Source: Selaginella moellendorffii
Lineage: Eukaryota > Plantae > Lycopodiophyta
Direction of reading: 5' to 3'
Assembly (NCBI RefSeq): GCF_000143415.4
Contig: NW_003314425.1
Location: forward strand, 62,001 to 126,000
Length of the DNA: 64,000 nucleotides
Below are positions 1 through 11,718 of this stretch, piece by piece. Each line of letters begins with the position of its first letter. Positions within the stretch are counted from its first letter, which is position 1. A model generated the notes under the pieces. It did not search any database. It had not been told where the DNA came from and saw only the letters and a list, made by a program, of their open reading frames with translations. Both the position numbers and the translations under genes were made by a program.

Positions 1-2
1 AA

Positions 3-1391
3 CTTTGCATTAGAGTTCTGAAGGGAAAGTTCCATTCTCAAGCGCAGCACGAAGAGAAATGCTTCTTTGGACATGAGTGGAAACCAGGCATGGACGAGAG
101 GGCCAACAAAGTCTCCTTTATCTCCAAGAATGTTCGAAGCCTGCCATCAAACTTATCTGTAAGAGACATGGTCTTGCTCGATGGGAACAACAGGTTTAGC
201 GTTTTGGACGAAGACTTGATAGACCGGATCAAGGAACTTAAGGGACTAAGCTTGAAGGGAACAAAGGTGGAATTCATTCCACCAGGGATCTCCAAGCTCA
301 CGAGGCTTGAAATGCTCGATCTTAGAAACACGTGGATAAACCACATTCCAGTCGAGATCATGGAGATAGAATCACTCCAATACTTGAAATGCGACAGCAA
401 GGTCAGGAACTTTGGTTTCGATATGCTCTACAAGCTCTCAAACTTGAAAGAGCTGACAATCCACGCGAGTGACACAGAGGTGGTGGACTTAACAGGGATT
501 TCCAGCGCCACACATCTGCGGTATTTGGAGATGATAGGCTCGTCCAGCGGCTTGATCATACTCTCGGAAGGATTCACGGCTTTGGAGCATCTCGAGACAT
601 TGTTTTTGGTGTCCAGGAACATCGAGTTTCGGCGAGTTTCTGCTGGATCTGGACGCTTCAAGGAGCTGATGCGATGCCACATCAGTTGCAAGTCGAGTAG
701 AGGAGCTCGCTGGAGCAGCCTGTTCAAAGGATCACTCAATCTGCAAGTCTTTCGAATCACGGGAGTGGAAGAAGATGAAACACACGATGAAGGTTTCACG
801 TGGATCGAGAAGTGTCATGGGCTTCGAGTTTTTGACCTTTACAACCACAAGATCAAGAATCTCTCCCGTCTCCATCGATTGAAACGTCTCGAAGAACTCC
901 ACCTTATCTGCGATGGCGTTGCGTGCCAGCAGCTAGCTCCGCCAGGTTCTTTCCCAAACTTGAAAGAGCTCAAACTCGACTCTTTCCCGGAATCGCTGCA
1001 GCTGGATCCCAACTTCATCACTTCATCCGCCATGGAAAACTTGAAAACTCTGCACTTGAGCTTCGCCACTCCTCGCGATCACTTGCCTCTCTTTGTCACG
1101 AGTCTCCCAAGCCTCAAGTTCTTGACTGTCGAGGGCTACATGAGAAGCCTTGTGTCCACCACCATCACCTCGTTTCCAAGTAGCCTCCAAGAGCTACACC
1201 TCTACTCTTACGAGCAGCTGCCGGATGATTTCTTTGCGATCCAAGCCAAGCTCATTACCGTGCAGTGCTTACTTCTAAGCAGCCAACAAGGAAAAGATAG
1301 AGGAAATTGGCAGAAAATCCCGGCATCCATCTCTTTGCTTCCCTGTGTTTCATCGCTTGATACTGACGTGGGACATGCTTCAAGACCTTAG
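3..1391 (+). CDS. Leucine-rich-repeat protein, 3' part (probable NB-LRR/NLR C-terminus; 5' end outside window)
   Basis: Frame is open from base 3 through the ATG at 90 to TAG at 1389-1391. Repeated LxxLxLxx motifs (LKGLSLKGTKVEFIPPGISKLTRLEMLDLRNT, FPNLKELKLDSFP, LPSLKFLTV). No introns seen. Confidence 0.75.
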   Translation, partial: LCIRVLKGKFHSQAQHEEKCFFGHEWKPGMDERANKVSFISKNVRSLPSNLSVRDMVLLDGNNRFSVLDEDLIDRIKELKGLSLKGTKVEFIPPGISKLTRLEMLDLRNTWINHIPVEIMEIESLQYLKCDSKVRNFGFDMLYKLSNLKELTIHASDTEVVDLTGISSATHLRYLEMIGSSSGLIILSEGFTALEHLETLFLVSRNIEFRRVSAGSGRFKELMRCHISCKSSRGARWSSLFKGSLNLQVFRITGVEEDETHDEGFTWIEKCHGLRVFDLYNHKIKNLSRLHRLKRLEELHLICDGVACQQLAPPGSFPNLKELKLDSFPESLQLDPNFITSSAMENLKTLHLSFATPRDHLPLFVTSLPSLKFLTVEGYMRSLVSTTITSFPSSLQELHLYSYEQLPDDFFAIQAKLITVQCLLLSSQQGKDRGNWQKIPASISLLPCVSSLDTDVGHASRP

Positions 1392-1930
1392 AAGTGAGCT
1401 TTGGAGCCGCCATGCCCAACATTCTGAAAACATACAGCTATTGTAAATTTAGAAATATGTTAAATTTTTTTGGTTTAGGATAAAGTATTTTTCTCATTCA
1501 TTAAACATTTTTATAAATTAGATTTTTTTAAAAAAATAAATAACCAAAACTTTGTGGCGACCATGAAATTGAGAATGGATGAAAATGGATTTTCAGGTTC
1601 CTATAATAACAAAAAATGTACAATAATGTTAATATCATAAGTGTAAAAAGTTAAAATAAACTTTTATGAATTTCTATAGCTTATTTAGTTTATACGAGTA
1701 TTAACTTTTACAATTATTGTTTAATTAACATAAATTAATAAATCCTGCCTAGAATGTCCAAAGAATATCCCCCCTAAAATACAAACAGCCGTTGCGCAGC
1801 GAAACTAGCCGTTCTCATCCTAAAGCCCTAAATTTCCATCTCTCGCCCTCTGCTCTCACGAATGCGATCGATCCATCCAGGCGGCGGCGGCGGAGGAGGG
1901 TCGCGGCAGTAAAGAAGAAGAAGATCGATC

Positions 1931-3644
1931 ATGGGAGCTTGCTTCGGCAAGAAAGATTGCGAGGCGACGGCGGCGTGCGTGGTGCCGGTATCGTGCCATC
2001 CCTACAGGTTTGGCAATGGCGTAGTGCTGCGATTGTTTGGCGTGGAGCTCTGCCCCTTCACGGCCCGGATCCGGATCGCGCTCCTCCACAAGGGCCTGAG
2101 CGTGGATCCAATCTGGGTGCCGCCCGAGGGTTTGCAATCCAGCAAGAAGCTCGAGTGGCTCGAATCCGCGTGCCCGGATGGCGATGTCCCCATCCTCCAG
2201 CACGGCGGCAGCGTCATCTATGGATCCGCCGACGACATTGTGGACTACATCGAGGCCACCTTCCGCGATCCGCCGCTCTTGCTCGAGGGATCGGCCGGGA
2301 TGGATGTCCGCGACTGGGTGGAATTCGTGCGAGACGAATTCTCGCCGCTCGTCGGCCAGCTACTCTACGACGCCGATCCGGCAGTCCAGCAAGAGGGCAG
2401 CGCCAAGATCGACACGGCGTTCGCGAGACTGGACAGGGGGCTGTGGGAGCACGGCAAAGATGGACCTTACTTCTTTGGACAGGAGTTTAGCATGGTGGAC
2501 GTCTATCTCATCCCTTTCCTGGAGCTTGTCCGGCCGCTGGGCCTCTTTCGAGGGATCGAGATTCGAGCAGTCCACTCCAATCTCCTGGGCTACTACAAGC
2601 GAATGCCGTTCTTCCCGAGCTACGCTCCCGTGAGGATGGATCCAGACTTGCTGGAGATGTCGGTCTCCAAGGCGATCGACGAGAGAACTTGCCCGGCGGT
2701 GGCGAGCTTGTGCTTGCTCCAGCACCGGAGCATTCTTTTTCACGTCGAGAAGGTGGTGAAGATCTCTGAGGAGCTGGCCGCGACCAAGGTGAACTCCAGC
2801 ACCATCTCGCCCGTCAAGGCAGGGCTGGCGATGAAGATCAAGAAGCTCTCGTCCGAGTACTTGCGGCTGGTGGAGCTGATGCAAGAGCACGCACAGATGG
2901 AGGAGAGAACCATGTTTCCAGTGTTGGAGAACGCGGACAAAGGTGAGTTCTTTCGGTTTTCCATAGAACCATCACAAAGTTTTGGTTTTTCTTTCTTTTC
3001 CTTGCCAGGACTGACCGAGCTTGTGCACGCTGATCACGCTAGAGATTTACCAATCATGAATGGGATTCGCGAGGATCTGAAGTCTGTCCTGGCGTTACAA
3101 CAGGGCAGCTGCGTCCATAATGAAGCTCTGGTCGCGCTAGCAACTCGGCTAAAAGTGTTCCAGGTACTTCTTGGTGGTAGAAAAAATCTCTCTTTTGTGC
3201 TTACGTTTCGATATATCGATCCAGGAGAGCACGCGAGATCACTTCGACGAGGAAGAGCGCGACATTCTTCCTCTGCTCGAGACTGTCGGATTCGGAAGCA
3301 AGCAGCAGGACGCAGCGATAGAGAGCTGCGTGATCATCATGGAAGCCGCGCATGGACGCTTGCTTCCATACTTGCTCCAGGGAATGCCCGCTCACGAGAT
3401 GTACCAGTACTTGAGAATCGTCCAGAAGCCGTTCCAGGATCCGGCTTCGCCGTCGTCACATGTCCTCGAGAGCATGTTTCGATCGCTGCGCAATGCCGAC
3501 GACGAGTATGAGTCGGTGTGGAAGCTCGTCAAGGAGAGGATGCCGGGGCTTTGCAAGCTCGAGGGTGACGAGAAGAAGATCGTGAGCGAGAAGAGAATCT
3601 CGACGAGTAGCAATCTGGAAGTACACTTTGCAGCAGCAGCGTGA
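1931..3644 (+). CDS. Hemerythrin-class glutathione S-transferase (GST-N + GST-C + hemerythrin/HHE domain)
   Basis: GST-N with Cys active site CPFTARIRIAL and VPIL..GS; GST-C GPYFFGQEFSMVDVYLIPFL; HHE motifs HAQMEE..FP, H..H and HFDEEE..LP. GT-AG introns at 2943-3008 and 3164-3224 join ORFs 1931 and 3171. Confidence 0.88.
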
Positions 3645-3845
3645 AGAAGAGAGTGAGAACTTAAAAAAAAAAAAAAGAAAACAGTGAAAGAACCTGTGTG
3701 TAGAATACCTATAGGAGTGATGCCGACTGTACATTGGAATCGAATAAATTGCAAAGCTTACTTTTCTAGAACTCCCTGGTTCTTCTTTCTCTTTCATTCG
3801 CTCTCTTCTTAGATAGCAGCCAGCGCTTTGAATCGATCCATCGAC

Positions 3846-5699
3846 TTAGCCCGAGTTTAAGTGACTTGGGGAGCGGTCGAACATAACTCTCCACATGAAA
3901 GCTCGCGACAGCACCATCTCCAGCTCTTGGTGAGTCCATCTCTTCGTTGGTAAGTGCTGCAAGAAAAGCACCATCTCCTGGAAATCTAGCTGCTGGAGCT
4001 GGTCGGTCCACTATAAAAAAGAAAGGAACAGTTTAGAGTCAGGCAGGCCTCTGCGATGATGTGATTTGCGTACCGTCAATAAGAAGCTGGCACATGCATA
4101 TACAAGGTACTCTGGAAAAGCGTCGCCCTCGGCTAGATAAGTATCCCACAGTCTAGAAACCAATGAGAATGGAACCTGCGTGATGGAAGACAAAACAATT
4201 GAAGGTGAAGTGATTTACAAAAGAATGTCTTACCTCTCTTATCAAGAGGCAATTAAACCACCGAAACGCGAACTGCAAAAAGTCCAGCCCCTGCTCTTCG
4301 ACATGCCTGGCTACCGGTTCTAAGCAAAGCACGAGTGTTTGTTTTAAAAGTGAAAACTGGAAAGGTCTTACCATCAATTCGTCGAACCAGCTCCTTCAGC
4401 TTAAAGACAAGCCGCTGGATTCCAGGTTGTGCAAAAGTGTAATGATCCTGGATTCTGTCGAGCAGCTTGGAGAGACACCAGTAGCTGTCTGCTTCAACTT
4501 GCGTAAGCTTCTCCGGCGAAAGCTTCGACAAGTCCCAGGTTTCCATCTCTCCTTCAAAATGCTCCGAGAGAAACACCACGAGGAAAGGCGTCGCCAAGTC
4601 ATTGATTCCCTGGACGTAACCGCTCGCAGGATGTCTCACTGCCCTGCTCGAAAATGCAAACCTCATAAAGATGATACTCGCGAGCTATTTATTCCAGGTT
4701 TACCATATATTTAAGATTCGCTCCAGTGAGGTTTGTATAGTAGGCTGATGGAAGAAAGTAACATCCGGCACCGTCCGTGGAATGTCGACGGCAATCTAGG
4801 GACAATGTAGAAGGCAGCACATACGAGCTAATGGAAAAATTCCGTATTACTCACCTGACGAACGGTTCTTATCTCGTCCTCAGTGCGATCCTCATCGGGT
4901 ATGTCGAAAAACTGTGCAATGTCTTCGACGTACTCTTGTCTCTTCATGGAAAGCACCATCTCCCTTCTATCCGTATTGGAAGGCGAATAACCCTGCACGC
5001 AAAGCTCTGAAGTATATAAACGTGCTTCAATTGTCAATCTTTTCTCAGCTCGAAACAAAGTCATACCAGCAACAGTCTCCAAATCATGGGCCTCATGTCA
5101 GCGGGAACACCACTCCACGAGAGCTCTCTCAAAGCATCTGCGAAAAAAAGAGAACAAGAGTTTGAGAGAGCTGAGTAAGTCTCGTCGAAAGTACCTAGAT
5201 TTACAGTCGAGGCAGCCAACTCTTTCTTAAATCTTGCAACACGAGCAGTGTCTGTAGCTCGCCCACCGGAGCCTGGCCTTGGAGCATCCGCCGAGGCTTC
5301 CCTGCTTGACGATTCTCCCGGTGATCCAGCAGACGATGAGCTTCCAAGCTCGTTGCCATTGATGTCTTGCAAATCCTACAAGCCACGTCGACAGATCAAA
5401 GTTCCATTCTCAAGAAATCCAGAACACACACAAAAAGATAAAAAGAAAACTAGAAAACCATACCCGGTTTCTTCCTGCTCCACTCGAGAACGAGTGGCCA
5501 TCTTCATCAGAACTCCTACTCTCCGAAGAGTTCCCTCTCACATTAGAGCTAGAGTCGGCCTTCCGCGACAGTAGAACTTTGCCAGGAAAATTGCGCCCTC
5601 TTAGCATCCTATATGAGAAGCAACAAGGAGAAGCGAATCGAGATGTCATTACTGATGAAAGAAATCGCTCGAAAAGACTCCATACCAGTTCTTTGACAT
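3846..5699 (-). CDS. TBC-domain Rab GTPase-activating protein (GYP1/TBC1D22-like), multi-exon
   Basis: Exon peptides LRELSWSGVPADMRPMIWRLLL, RHPASGYVQGINDLATPF, EADSYWCLSKLLDRIQDHYTFAQPGIQR, FLQFAFRWFNCLLIRE, RLWDTYLAEG. Stop at 3846. Start is uncertain (5699 or further upstream). Confidence 0.88.
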
Positions 5700-5933
5700 G
5701 AGGATCCAAGCTCTAATCCTCGAGCACCATCGCTAGGCCCTGCATTTTCATCCACAGTGAGCCGACAAGAACAGGAGCTAGATTCAAACTCCTGGCTGGG
5801 ATCCATGATTCCAGATCGTGAGAGCTAGCTCAGTACCTGAGCCTGGAAGTGCCTGGGACGACGATGGCGCTCCTCTTCCCTTGCTGGATCTAAGCGAGAA
5901 GTAAGAACCCTAATAACTTCCCTACCTAAAATA

Positions 5934-7790
5934 ATGGAGTGTGGGACGAGGCTCTTGGCGGATCTGGGGCGCCTTCTCGACAGCGATCCCGAAATGTAAG
6001 TGCGCGATCCCGATCGATCGATTCGATCCATGCATCCGTGATCTCTGATCCATCGCGCAGCGACGAGCTGGGATTCCTCCTGCCGTCGCAATTGGCGCAG
6101 CTCCACGATCTTCCAGCTGATACAGTCGAGATCTCGTTTGCCGCCGCTGACACTGATCCGAACGCTGGAGAGGGATCCAAGAGCCCCTGCGATGGCGCTG
6201 GCGCTGGGGAGTACTGTGAGGCTTCTTGGTTTTGGCTGCGAGATCACAAGCTAGGGATCGCAGTGAACGCTTTGAGGCCGCTCTACACTGAAGCACAGGC
6301 GGTGTTCTCGGCATTGCGAGCGGAAGAAAAACAGTGCGGAAGGCAGGAAAATGGCTTCTCGAAGGAAGAAAGTTTGCTCAAGGTCACAAGAGCACTCCTG
6401 ATTGTCAACTCGGATTACTCGACCGCTTGGAACACCAGGTATGATCTCTTTTCCTCCTTTTGGTCGTTTGTTTTTCATCTCCAAGCGATCTAAAGTATCT
6501 CGTGATCTAGGAAACGTGTTCTTGGCAAGTCGAGCTTTTCTCAGTCAGGAATGATCAGTGAGCTACGACTATCCAGTCTTGTCTTGACGTATGCTCCAAA
6601 AAGTGAGGAAGCGTGGGCTCATCGGTACGTGTTTCTTCTCTCTTTCTTTTCTTTCTTTGTTTCTCTCTTCTGGCACTTGAAAAAGTTTTTTTTTGCAGGA
6701 GGTGGGCATTAAACAAAATATTCTCCTCCACTTCCAGCCAAAGCGATGGCATCATTGACTCTGAATCCAAACATGTTGATGCGATTGTCGAGGTTAGCCG
6801 CCGTTTACGTATATATGAGTCGAGTGCCATCTCTTCTCTTATATGTCGTCTTTGCAGAGATCACTCTCACTGCCCGCTTATTCATTCCAATGTGGCAGAG
6901 ATCTCCGATGAACTACCGTGCTTGGAGACACCGTTGCTGGCTTATCTCCTTCATGAAGTTCCCTCGAGTACGTACCTTGTTTGCTTCCATTTTTAAAGAC
7001 GCATAGAGAAGAGAACTGTGAGTTGATGCCTTACAGATAGAGCTGGAGTTGAAATCCCGGGATTCGTACCGGTGTACAGATAACTGTTTTTTCCACTATC
7101 GCAGGGTACTTCGTTACTACGCACTGAAATGGAATAACTCCACTTGGTTATTTTGCAGTCCATGCTGCAACATCTAATTTGGAGACAACACGAATTTTAC
7201 CTGAGCTGGAGGGAATTGGCCTCGATGTGGAAGGTCGTGCTTATTTGAAGCCAGAATGATGACTGAAAGTATTCCCTGACTTTGAACAGGAGGAGCTCAA
7301 GGGGAACGCTGAATCAATTAAAGACATGTCCTTCGGGAATGAGGTTGGAATGTTGCGCTGTAAATGTCTCTCATGAACTTGTTTTTTTAGGCTCTATGGA
7401 TTCACAGACGGTTTCTGGCTCACGGGCTGCTGACTTATAACGAGCTTTTCAACGAATTCAAAGTTGAACGCCCTCGGGATAAGGAGGTTCACGGAAAGCA
7501 CGTCTTGTTCATTTTAAACGAGCTTGAGCTTGCAAAAGAAGCGGACACAGGCGAGCATTCTTGCAGCTACAAACTGTGGCTCCTCTTTGTGGTAGCTGGC
7601 TGGCAATGCCACGTCTCCTTCACAAAAATGAGATGATCCGTTTGTTTGTCCTGTGCAGTTTCGGAGGAAGCATGATTCTAAAGAGGTTGAAAATTTGCTC
7701 CTGGAGGAAAGCAGCGCTGCTGCCGCGAGTACGCCTCAGAAGGAGAGCCTGTGGAAAGGTGTCAAAGGGTCGTGCAACTTTTTGAAATGA
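5934..7790 (+). CDS. PTAR1: Protein prenyltransferase alpha-subunit repeat-containing protein (PTAR1-like), multi-exon
   Basis: Exon 1 MECGTRLLADLGRLLDSDPEI, intron 5996-6060, then DELGFLLPSQ, DHKLGI, TRALLIVNSDYSTAWNTR, PKSEEAWAHR, SPMNYRAWRHRCWL (PPTA repeats). 3' end is approximate. Confidence 0.78.
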
Positions 7791-8256
7791 GGCTGTTGGC
7801 GGTACATGATTTCCTGGATAGGATTATAACAAACTCGATCTAAAGCATTATCGATCGTTCTTATAACATACTCTTGCTTTTTGTTTCTGTTTATGCTTCA
7901 GTAGGTGGCACAGGACTATCCATCTCTAAATGTAAGGCATAACGGACGGACGGAGGACTTTAAAGGCTCATCTTTGTGGCACTGCCAACTTCTTTATACA
8001 CCACAGCTGCGATCGAGCGAGACTTTACAACAGGAACAAGAAAAGCAGCTTGCATTTTCCTTTTCCTTCCAGCACTCGATGATCAAAGCTGAGCAGCAGC
8101 AGCAGCAGCAGAAGCGGTAGAGGTAAAATCAAACTATTCTGCATGCTACTTTTTCCTACTGTTGTTGTGTTTCTCTTTCTTTCAAAGCAGGGAGGGGCAG
8201 GGACGAGGTAGAGAATCGAATATAAAAATAAGCAGTCTGTTGGGGGAAACGAGTGT

Positions 8257-9785
8257 TTAGGTGGAGCACAGCACCTGGCCAAGTACCTGTTCCAGCTCGT
8301 CATGAAACCGTGTCATGGCGTCAGACCGGAAGCCGAGGATGAGATTCATGTCTTTCGTCTCTCTCCCGTGCGAGAGGAAGAGACAGACCTCCGGCTCGGA
8401 AAAACCGACGGGGCCGGAATGCAGCGGCTCCCCCCATCCAAAGTCCGTCGTGTGGAAAGACAGCCGAGACCAGGTGCTGACGAGCAAAGTCGAGAAGAGA
8501 CTGGGACAGAAACGCTGCAGCTCGAAGCAGTCGATGGAGGACCGGATATAAGAGTCGTGAATCCGAGCTATGGCATCTCTTACGAGCGACACCACCTCGG
8601 ACAGGTGCTTGCTCTCCAGCTCCGACGCCGTGGCCATGGCGTAAGTCAGCATGATGCCGTTTCCCATGAAACCTTTGGGAAGCGGTGGCTGGATTCTCGA
8701 CCGGTAGTCCACCGCGAACAGAAGCTTGCTCGGCTGCCTGTCATCCATGGCCAGAGCTTTGGTGCGGCACTTCCACACCAGAGCCGAGAGCGCCTCGAAG
8801 GTGCTACACTTTCGCCACCCGGGGACGTCGACGTTATCTTCCTGTGCCGCCACCATTTCGTTATCGATCTGCGACTTGAGCTGCTCCAGCTGCTGGCCCC
8901 GGATACGAAACACTCTATACACAAGTTGGTCGTCATCATTGAGGTGTAAGTTCTGCTGCGAGCCGCCAGAGACGTCGTCGACTTGAGCGTACTCGAGGTG
9001 GGGGAACTCGACCAGCGGTGGACTCCGGGCCTTGAGGACACTCCGGTCGAGCTCGGGGTTGAGTGACAGTGGAACGCCTCGGCTTAGCTCGGCCCAGCCG
9101 TGAACAAACTCCATCGCTCCAATCCCATCGAACATACAGTGGTTGATGCAAAGCCCGAGGACGAAGCCGCCACACTTGAATTTCGTCACCTGGACAGGCA
9201 GGGAGAGGATCATACCGACAACGACAGGAGAAGGAAGGAAAGAAAAACAGGATTTTTTGGTCGGTAGAGCGATCAAAAACCGGTCTTTTTTCTTCTTCTA
9301 GCGAGCGTTACCTGGACAGTCATGGGAGGAACTTCAAGGACGTTCTTGGCACCCGGAATTGCGTAGACAAGCTGGAGCAGAGGTGTGGAACCGGGCCTGA
9401 TGATATCTCCCAGGTCGCAAATTCGAGCATCGGCCTCGGCCTCGGCAAACACGACTCCTTGCTGCTCGGCTCCATCGCCGCTCTTCTTCATCACCACCTC
9501 GAGCTTTCCTTCGCTGCTGATTCCCAGCCTGCCGGCGAGCGGGTAGTAGTGATCCAGCGCCTTGGACAGGCCTTGGCGGATCACGTCGGCGGGATTGTCC
9601 GCGGCTCTGGCGCTGCTCGACTCGAACAGGTAGATTGTTTTCATCACCACCGCGATGTTCTGATCCAAGTTTGACAGGAAGTAGTGCTGCTCCTCCACTG
9701 GCTGCTCCGGCATGACGAGCTCCGGCTCCTTGACGAGCTCCACCTTGAAATCCACCGGCATTGTGAGAGTGGCTTCGGCCCCCAT
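8257..9785 (-). CDS. BAHD acyltransferase, omega-hydroxyacid feruloyl-transferase (HHT/ASFT)-like
   Basis: HXXXD motif HCMFDG and DFGWG motif; YFLSNLDQNIAV N-terminal motif; single intron 9190-9311 at the conserved Q|VT position. Confidence 0.9.
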
Positions 9786-10453
9786 TGCGAAGAAAGATTG
9801 ACAGGAAGAGATCGACGAGAAGGAGAGGGAAAAAAAGCGATTTTTGTTCGTGGGAAGAAGCGCCCTCGCCCTCTCAAAGGTTGTTCCTCTGCCCTGCTCG
9901 GGAAGAAAGCTTTGCGCCTGGGGAGATATAAAGCAAAGCGGGAAAGCTTTCCTAATTCCTTGTGAGCTGTTAATGGCCCATGTGGCCAAGCCAATGCCAA
10001 AGCTCTCTCTTTTATTTGTTGTGGTTCCTCTCAACTCTTGTCTTTAACAAATCAAAGCACCGTCTCCACCAACAAGACGAAGAAGAAGAAGAAGAAACTT
10101 CGATTCTTCTCGAGACACTTTGAGCAGAGGAAGAAGAAGAAGAAACTAGGTAAAGCCAACCAAGATCACTTAAAAAAAACCTCTTGCCATCCTCCAACAA
10201 AACACACAGAATTTCAACACCAAGCACCAGCAGCACCAGCAGCAGTGGAGGAGGAAGAAATTTTGCTCTGGTTGGTGGTTTTCCTCTTTTTTCTTCCTTT
10301 ATTTGGTAGTTAAATTTTGCTGCTGGCTGGCTGGCTGGCTTGCCTGGCTGCCTGGCTTGCTGCCCTCTCTGAACTTCGCTTGTGCAACCAGAAGTCATCA
10401 AGGAAGATCCTCCTCCTTCACAACTCTCACTCATTTATGGAGCGAGCTACCCA

Positions 10454-10464
10454 ACCAACCTAAC
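10454..10464. promoter_or_regulatory. Overlapping AC elements (ACCAACC/ACCTAAC), putative R2R3-MYB sites upstream of the BAHD gene
   Basis: ACCAACC at 10454-10460 and ACCTAAC at 10458-10464, ~670 bp upstream of the BAHD ATG. Motif match only. Confidence 0.3.
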
Positions 10465-11718
10465 TCATCAAACAAAATGCAACCAATCCCTCCAACTCTA
10501 GAATTCATCACATTGAAAATTTCAAGAGAATTTTCTTCTATTTGCATTCCTCTATGATCAGCTTTTAACCCTCCATTCCCCCAGCTCCAGCTCTTATGGT
10601 GAATCCCCAGGAACAAGAAACAATAGAATGAAGAGCTCCAATCAACACATCTTACACAAACATCAAAACATTGGTTTTTCTCTCTGGAAATTCTGCAAGA
10701 TCATCACTCAAAGCCCTGGTCTAGTAATAATAGTGAAAAGTTTGCAAAGGTGGTAAGTGGTGGTAGTTTAGTAGTTTTTCTTTCTTTTGCTTTTTTTTTT
10801 TCTTTTTTTTCTTGGTTACTGCCAGACAATCTGGTTGGCTGGCCACACGGGCAATCCGGGGGGCAACCTCGTAACTTTCCTTGATTGGTTAAAAAAGCAC
10901 TCTTTTTATAACTGAGAAGAGAGTCCGAAGTCGACTCCGAGGTCCGAGAGCTCGGACAGTCCGAGAAGAGCCGAGCTCTTTTTTTTTTTTTAATGCTGCC
11001 GGCTACTGAAATGCTGCACGGGGCTCGGAGCGTGTCAGTCACTAAGTAATAGCGCGGCAAATTTTTCCAAATCCAAAACGCGCTCGCGTAAACTCTTTGA
11101 ATGCTCGGTCGGTGTGGGATCGGATCAACCGCCCAAATTCCACTGCCACCACGGTGGTTGCATCGCCAATCAATCGATTCCTTTCAAACTTTCGCTGGTT
11201 GATCGTCTAACGAGATTTAGTTCCAGCTGATTGGAAAGGGGAGCTCTAGTCACTCGATCGCTGATCTTTTCCTGGTCCGATCCGATACGATCGATTGACA
11301 ACTTACCAGCTGCCGAGTGATGGTGATCTCTAGGATGGAAATTAAGAACTGGCCCAGGGAAGAAAAGCAATCAATCAATGGCGATGGTGTGTTTGTACGT
11401 GGGTGTTCGTGATCTTCGAACTAACTGACGCTGATGGCTCATCCAATTTCCTCGCAATCACTGCTCGCATCCATCGCTGCTGCTGCTGCTGGCCTGGATC
11501 CAACAGTCGTGCTGGCTGGCTGGCTATGGGAGTCAAGAACCAAACCAATAAGCCTTTAATGTGTGTTCTTCCCCAATTTCTCTTTTTCTTCCTCTCCCCC
11601 CGGCCGCGAGAGGGATAGATCTCTCCAACCAATTCCATTCATTCTCGTGGCCCACCCCATCGATCTCCAGCCTAGTCTCGGTGGTTGGAAGTTTGGTACC
11701 GATCGATTCATCGATTAA

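Noticed and set aside
10915-10980. Cluster of CCGA/TCGG motifs and small palindromes upstream of the BAHD gene
   Set aside because: Too short and irregular to distinguish from chance or low complexity.
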